From contig NC_043017.1 of NCBI RefSeq assembly GCF_006345805.1, forward strand, positions 4,650,001 through 4,714,000: a DNA stretch of 64,000 nt, read 5' to 3'. The notes beneath the pieces are model-generated. The model had not been told where the DNA came from. It saw only the letters and a program-made list of their open reading frames with translations, and made no database searches. The number at the start of each line of letters is the position of its first letter. The stretch's first letter is position 1. The position numbers and the translations under genes are program-made. Of the stretch, positions 61,701 through 64,000 are shown one piece after another. The DNA comes from Octopus sinensis (Eukaryota).

Positions 61701-62239
61701 CTGTGGCAGTTAGCGTGTTAAATTGACAATGACAGAAATGAAAATTTAGAAACAAAATGAATTTATTTGTGAGTTCTGCATGAATATAATACCTTTGGAT
61801 AAAAAAAAAAATCAAGTCAAATATCAAAATACTGTCAAATAAAATGAAACAGGAAAAAACAACAACATTTATCTCCAAGGTATTCAATGTTGATGTTAAA
61901 TTCCATCGATATGCCAGGAATAAAAATGTTTAAAAAATGCAATAATAAAGAAAATAATATTCTAAAGATACACAAAACATTTTTTTTTTTACTCAAATCT
62001 TTCAATAACCTGATATTTTGGCAGAAGTTGTAAAGATATGTAGACCCACCTTCTCATTGAGACACTCAACCAAGTCTCTGACATACCCTCTTGTTTCCTG
62101 GAAGAATTTGAACCGTTCTTCCAGGACGCTGGAACTTTTCTCTGCTTCCTCAATCTCTTTGTTAGAGTCTTCCAGGTGAAGCAACAGAGTGTCATGTTCG
62201 CTCACATGACTGCGATGTACTTCCATTATTGAATCTAAG
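39510..62239 (-). CDS. PAXBP1: PAX3- and PAX7-binding protein 1 / GCFC1 (Ntr2-related splicing factor); 5'-partial, last 12 exons
   Basis: Minus-strand GT-AG exons 62239-62050, 57976-57859, 51452-51383, 50940-50828, 49991-49792, 48527-48383, 45655-45537, 44688-44612, 43919-43853, 42648-42502, 40345-40194, 39600-39510 are phase-consistent. Motifs: [90 protein letters not shown]. Confidence 0.95.
40194..40345 (-). CDS. PAXBP1: PAXBP1 exon 11 in window
   Basis: ttctag|IVSTFPKQWFVDLEEDKTIPLLENFSRFL...KEI|gtacat. Confidence 0.93.
41256..41580. mobile_element. (TA)n-flanked unclassified element
   Basis: 325 bp of complex sequence bounded by (TA)n on both sides. Confidence 0.45.
41591..41834. mobile_element. 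Foldback element / MITE with 108-bp inverted arms and a 28-bp spacer
   Basis: 41591-41698 is the reverse complement of 41727-41834 with 7 mismatches; flanked by (TA)n. Confidence 0.85.
42502..42648 (-). CDS. PAXBP1: PAXBP1 exon 10 in window
   Basis: tttcag|[49 protein letters not shown]|gtaagg. Confidence 0.93.
42879..43443 (+). repeat. 134-bp tandem array (~4.2 units) derived from the SINE A body
   Basis: gcatc(t/c)gatgctgg at 42969, 43103, 43237, 43371. Confidence 0.92.
43853..43919 (-). CDS. PAXBP1: PAXBP1 exon 9 in window
   Basis: ctttag|ILENRSSGPAVFFHRQSWSCIK|gtgagt. Confidence 0.92.
44081..44250. mobile_element. Inverted duplication of the hammerhead-SINE 3' region
   Basis: 50-bp arms 44121-44170 / 44201-44250 (5 mismatches) around CTGATGAaggctGAAAtgttgtgtt; homologous to 61420-61516. 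Confidence 0.75.
44528..44605 (-). repeat. (CT)~39 on the PAXBP1 sense strand, just after the exon-8 donor
   Basis: (GA)n on the + strand, 6 nt from gtgagt. Confidence 0.95.
44612..44688 (-). CDS. PAXBP1: PAXBP1 exon 8 in window
   Basis: tgacag|[25 protein letters not shown]|gtgagt. Confidence 0.93.
45537..45655 (-). CDS. PAXBP1: PAXBP1 exon 7 in window
   Basis: ttctag|[39 protein letters not shown]|gtacgt. Confidence 0.93.
47578..47946 (+). mobile_element. Helentron-associated (HINE/DINE-1-like) non-autonomous element
   Basis: Start aagcacttggagagcgc; (ACAA)n; terminal hairpin TACCTCCGCCTT-tgct-AAGGCGGAGGTA at 47917-47944. Confidence 0.65.
48383..48527 (-). CDS. PAXBP1: PAXBP1 exon 6 in window
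   Basis: ttacag|ENAKDFEDCRWY...[15 protein letters not shown]|gtaaga. Confidence 0.93.
48925..49560 (+). mobile_element. Two diverged tandem remnants resembling RTE 5' UTRs
   Basis: ggggcttgtatgcctcaatgaccctgagagctatgc start; block ggacag...ctcttcccaga(g/a)gtaaaaattggttt at ~49010 and ~49375. Confidence 0.4.
49792..49991 (-). CDS. PAXBP1: PAXBP1 exon 5 in window
   Basis: ttccag|EILQLTEKLFDDVEEDF...[26 protein letters not shown]|gttaga. Confidence 0.94.
50828..50940 (-). CDS. PAXBP1: PAXBP1 exon 4 in window
   Basis: ttatag|[37 protein letters not shown]|gtatgt. Confidence 0.93.
51383..51452 (-). CDS. PAXBP1: PAXBP1 exon 3 in window
   Basis: ttgcag|KVKVVFDAAEAMQRRVAEREARR|gtaaat. Confidence 0.88.
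54950..55345 (+). mobile_element. Frameshifted 3' remnant of a HERO-like RLE non-LTR retrotransposon
   Basis: Across frames: PDIGIPNSTKQVIM*EWTEP, KLAKYQELL, EAIEVGHQGFVGHSFSKAL, GVTGAAKRR. This fits the PD...E...K...Y RLE layout (from memory). Confidence 0.65.
57859..57976 (-). CDS. PAXBP1: PAXBP1 exon 2 in window
   Basis: tttcag|VPLILELEARMAYLLKQRAEKLTLRRQQDVRDQCQDYTA|gtcggt (weak donor, chosen by phase). Confidence 0.85.
61420..61663 (-). mobile_element. tRNA-derived SINE carrying a hammerhead-ribozyme-like module
   Basis: Minus strand: A-box TAGTGTTTAAG, GGG-CTACTAA-CCC anticodon-like arm, B-box GAGTTCGATTCC, (AAT)n linker, then aagacat-CTAATGA-A-GGCTG-gagggtatat-CAGCC-GAAA-CATT-gtgtt. 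Confidence 0.65.
62050..62239 (-). CDS. PAXBP1: PAXBP1 exon (1st in window)
   Basis: gtgcag|LDSIMEVHRSH...[22 protein letters not shown]|gtgggt. Confidence 0.92.
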
Positions 62240-64000
62240 CTGCACAGACCAAAATCAGAAACAGATTTTTTTTTAAGTAAAACACATGGGAAAATAATAA
62301 TAATAATAATAATAATGATAAAATAATTATTCTGAAAAAGGCAAAAATATCCACAATAATAATAAACAACAATAAAAGTCTGCTAAGTAAAAGCTTATAG
62401 AATTGCATCAGTGATGTCCATGCTACCAGCACCGTGCTGAGTCCATGTTCCATACACTGGGATCTTTCTGGCAAAGTCTAACTGCTCCAAGACTCAGAAC
62501 AGACTTTGAGAAAAAGGACAAGTTGCTGAGAAGGTCATGAATAGCAACAAAAGGACTTTGACTAACGAACAACCAATTGATCGTTTAACCAACAAATTAA
62601 ACAAACAATCCATTAGTTAGTTGGTTATATATTCAAATAATTGACTAACAATAAAGAAGTGATATTGAACCAGCACGTGTGCTTATTATTATTGGTGTAA
62701 TGACCCTCCCAAGATACAAAATTTGTTTCAACACATGAATTCACACCAAGAATCTTTTTTTTTACAGGTTTTCAAGACAGCTGCTGAGAGGAAGTTATTT
62801 TCACATCAGAGACTATCTGATCTGATCTGGTCTGGGTCTGAATGTGTTGAACATAACTTACTCCCTTGAAGTCACACAAGAGTGACCAGGAGGTGGTACT
62901 AAAACGACTGTATTCCTCTCAAATCACCCAAAGGTGACCAAGCGGTTGAGTTATACTGGGCAAAGGAATCAGTCTCCTATCCAACAACAACAAGAACAGT
63001 TCCTCTGTCAAGCTTCCACACAGTTTCCATCTACCAAATTTCACTCACAAGGCTTTGGTTGACCTATGTCCATACCTATGAGTTACTAAAGAACAAATAA
63101 AACTTGGTAGTGGAGGTGGCAGGAGCACTATAAATACCAAGTGTTTCAGTAGTTTACAAGAGCATAATAACCAGTGCTTGACAACTGGTGTTGGTTTGTT
63201 TACATTTCTGTAACTTAACAGTTCAGCAAAAGGGACTAATAGAATAAGTACCAGACCTAAAAAAAAAAGTACAGGAGACGATTTTTTTGTCTAGACCCTT
63301 CAATGTAATGCCCCAGTATGGCCACAGTCTAAAGACAGAAATAAGTTACAGATGAAAGAAGATATATTTCACTCCAAATTCAATGATATCTGCCTTTAGC
63401 GGACATTAAATAATCCTGATTTCATATATGTTGCATTTTATACTGTTTGGTAACTCTTCAATTGAATAAAATGGAAATTGATTTGGTTTTCGATTTCTCT
63501 GGATTAAGAATTAACGAAGCAGGTGCCAGTTCTATACCGTGGCTTAAGATACGGTTAAAGATTCTGACTAAGCAACTTTACTTGAGGCCTGATATGTTTA
63601 TGCTTACTCCTGGATCAGACTGGTAAGGGAGCTGAAGTATCATGTAAGAACTATGTTTAGCTCTGGCACCATAGGAAGCTCAATCATCATCATCATCATT
63701 TAACGTCCGTTTTCCCATGCTGGCATGGGTTGGACGGTTCAACCGGGGTCTGGGAAGCCAGGAGGCTTCACCAGGCTCCAGTCTGATCTGGCAGTGTTTC
63801 TGCAGCTGGATGCCCTTCCTAATGCCAACCACTCCGTGAGTGTAGTTTGTTTAATGCTTACTGACAGGAACCCTAACATATTCAGTCACATACACCCAAA
63901 TATTGATTAATTCATTTAGAAAATTAAATTGTAAGGAAATGAAAAGCACCATAACATTAATCCTTTAGCATTCAGATTCTTCTTTCAAATGTAAAGCTTA

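Noticed and set aside
62235-63999. Further upstream PAXBP1 exons
   Set aside because: No frame resembled PAXBP1; the next exon is probably outside the window.

Overview
Eukaryotic, AT-rich, microsatellite- and SINE-dense genomic DNA. The repeat landscape suggests Octopus or a related coleoid cephalopod (inference). Three protein-coding genes are supported. (1) The 3' part of CC2D2A/MKS6: + strand, 20 exons, 101-23372, 871 aa in frame, with all GT-AG phases consistent. (2) An intronless Tctex-1-family dynein light chain: +, 31028-31501. (3) The 3' part of PAXBP1/GCFC1: - strand, 12 exons, 62239-39510. The rest is tRNA-derived SINEs, a (GAT)n-tailed retroposon, TTAA/TA/hAT MITEs, Helitron-type elements, LINE remnants (RTE, Tx1/L1, R4-like, HERO-like) and simple repeats. 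Best lead: short elements carrying minimal hammerhead-ribozyme geometry (CTGANGA...GAAA with a palindromic stem III, as in Penelope-like elements) at 35.5, 38.8, 44.2 and 61.5 kb. One is fused to a Pol III tRNA-like head, making it a candidate ribozyme-bearing SINE. Every hammerhead copy here is partly degenerate, so activity is inferred, not shown. Other leads: a 38-bp miRNA-like hairpin, an E-box/X-box/E-box element near two ciliary-type genes, a 108-bp-arm foldback element, a SINE-derived 134-bp tandem array, and a shared SINE/Tx1-LINE 3' tail. Family assignments come from remembered motifs, not database searches.
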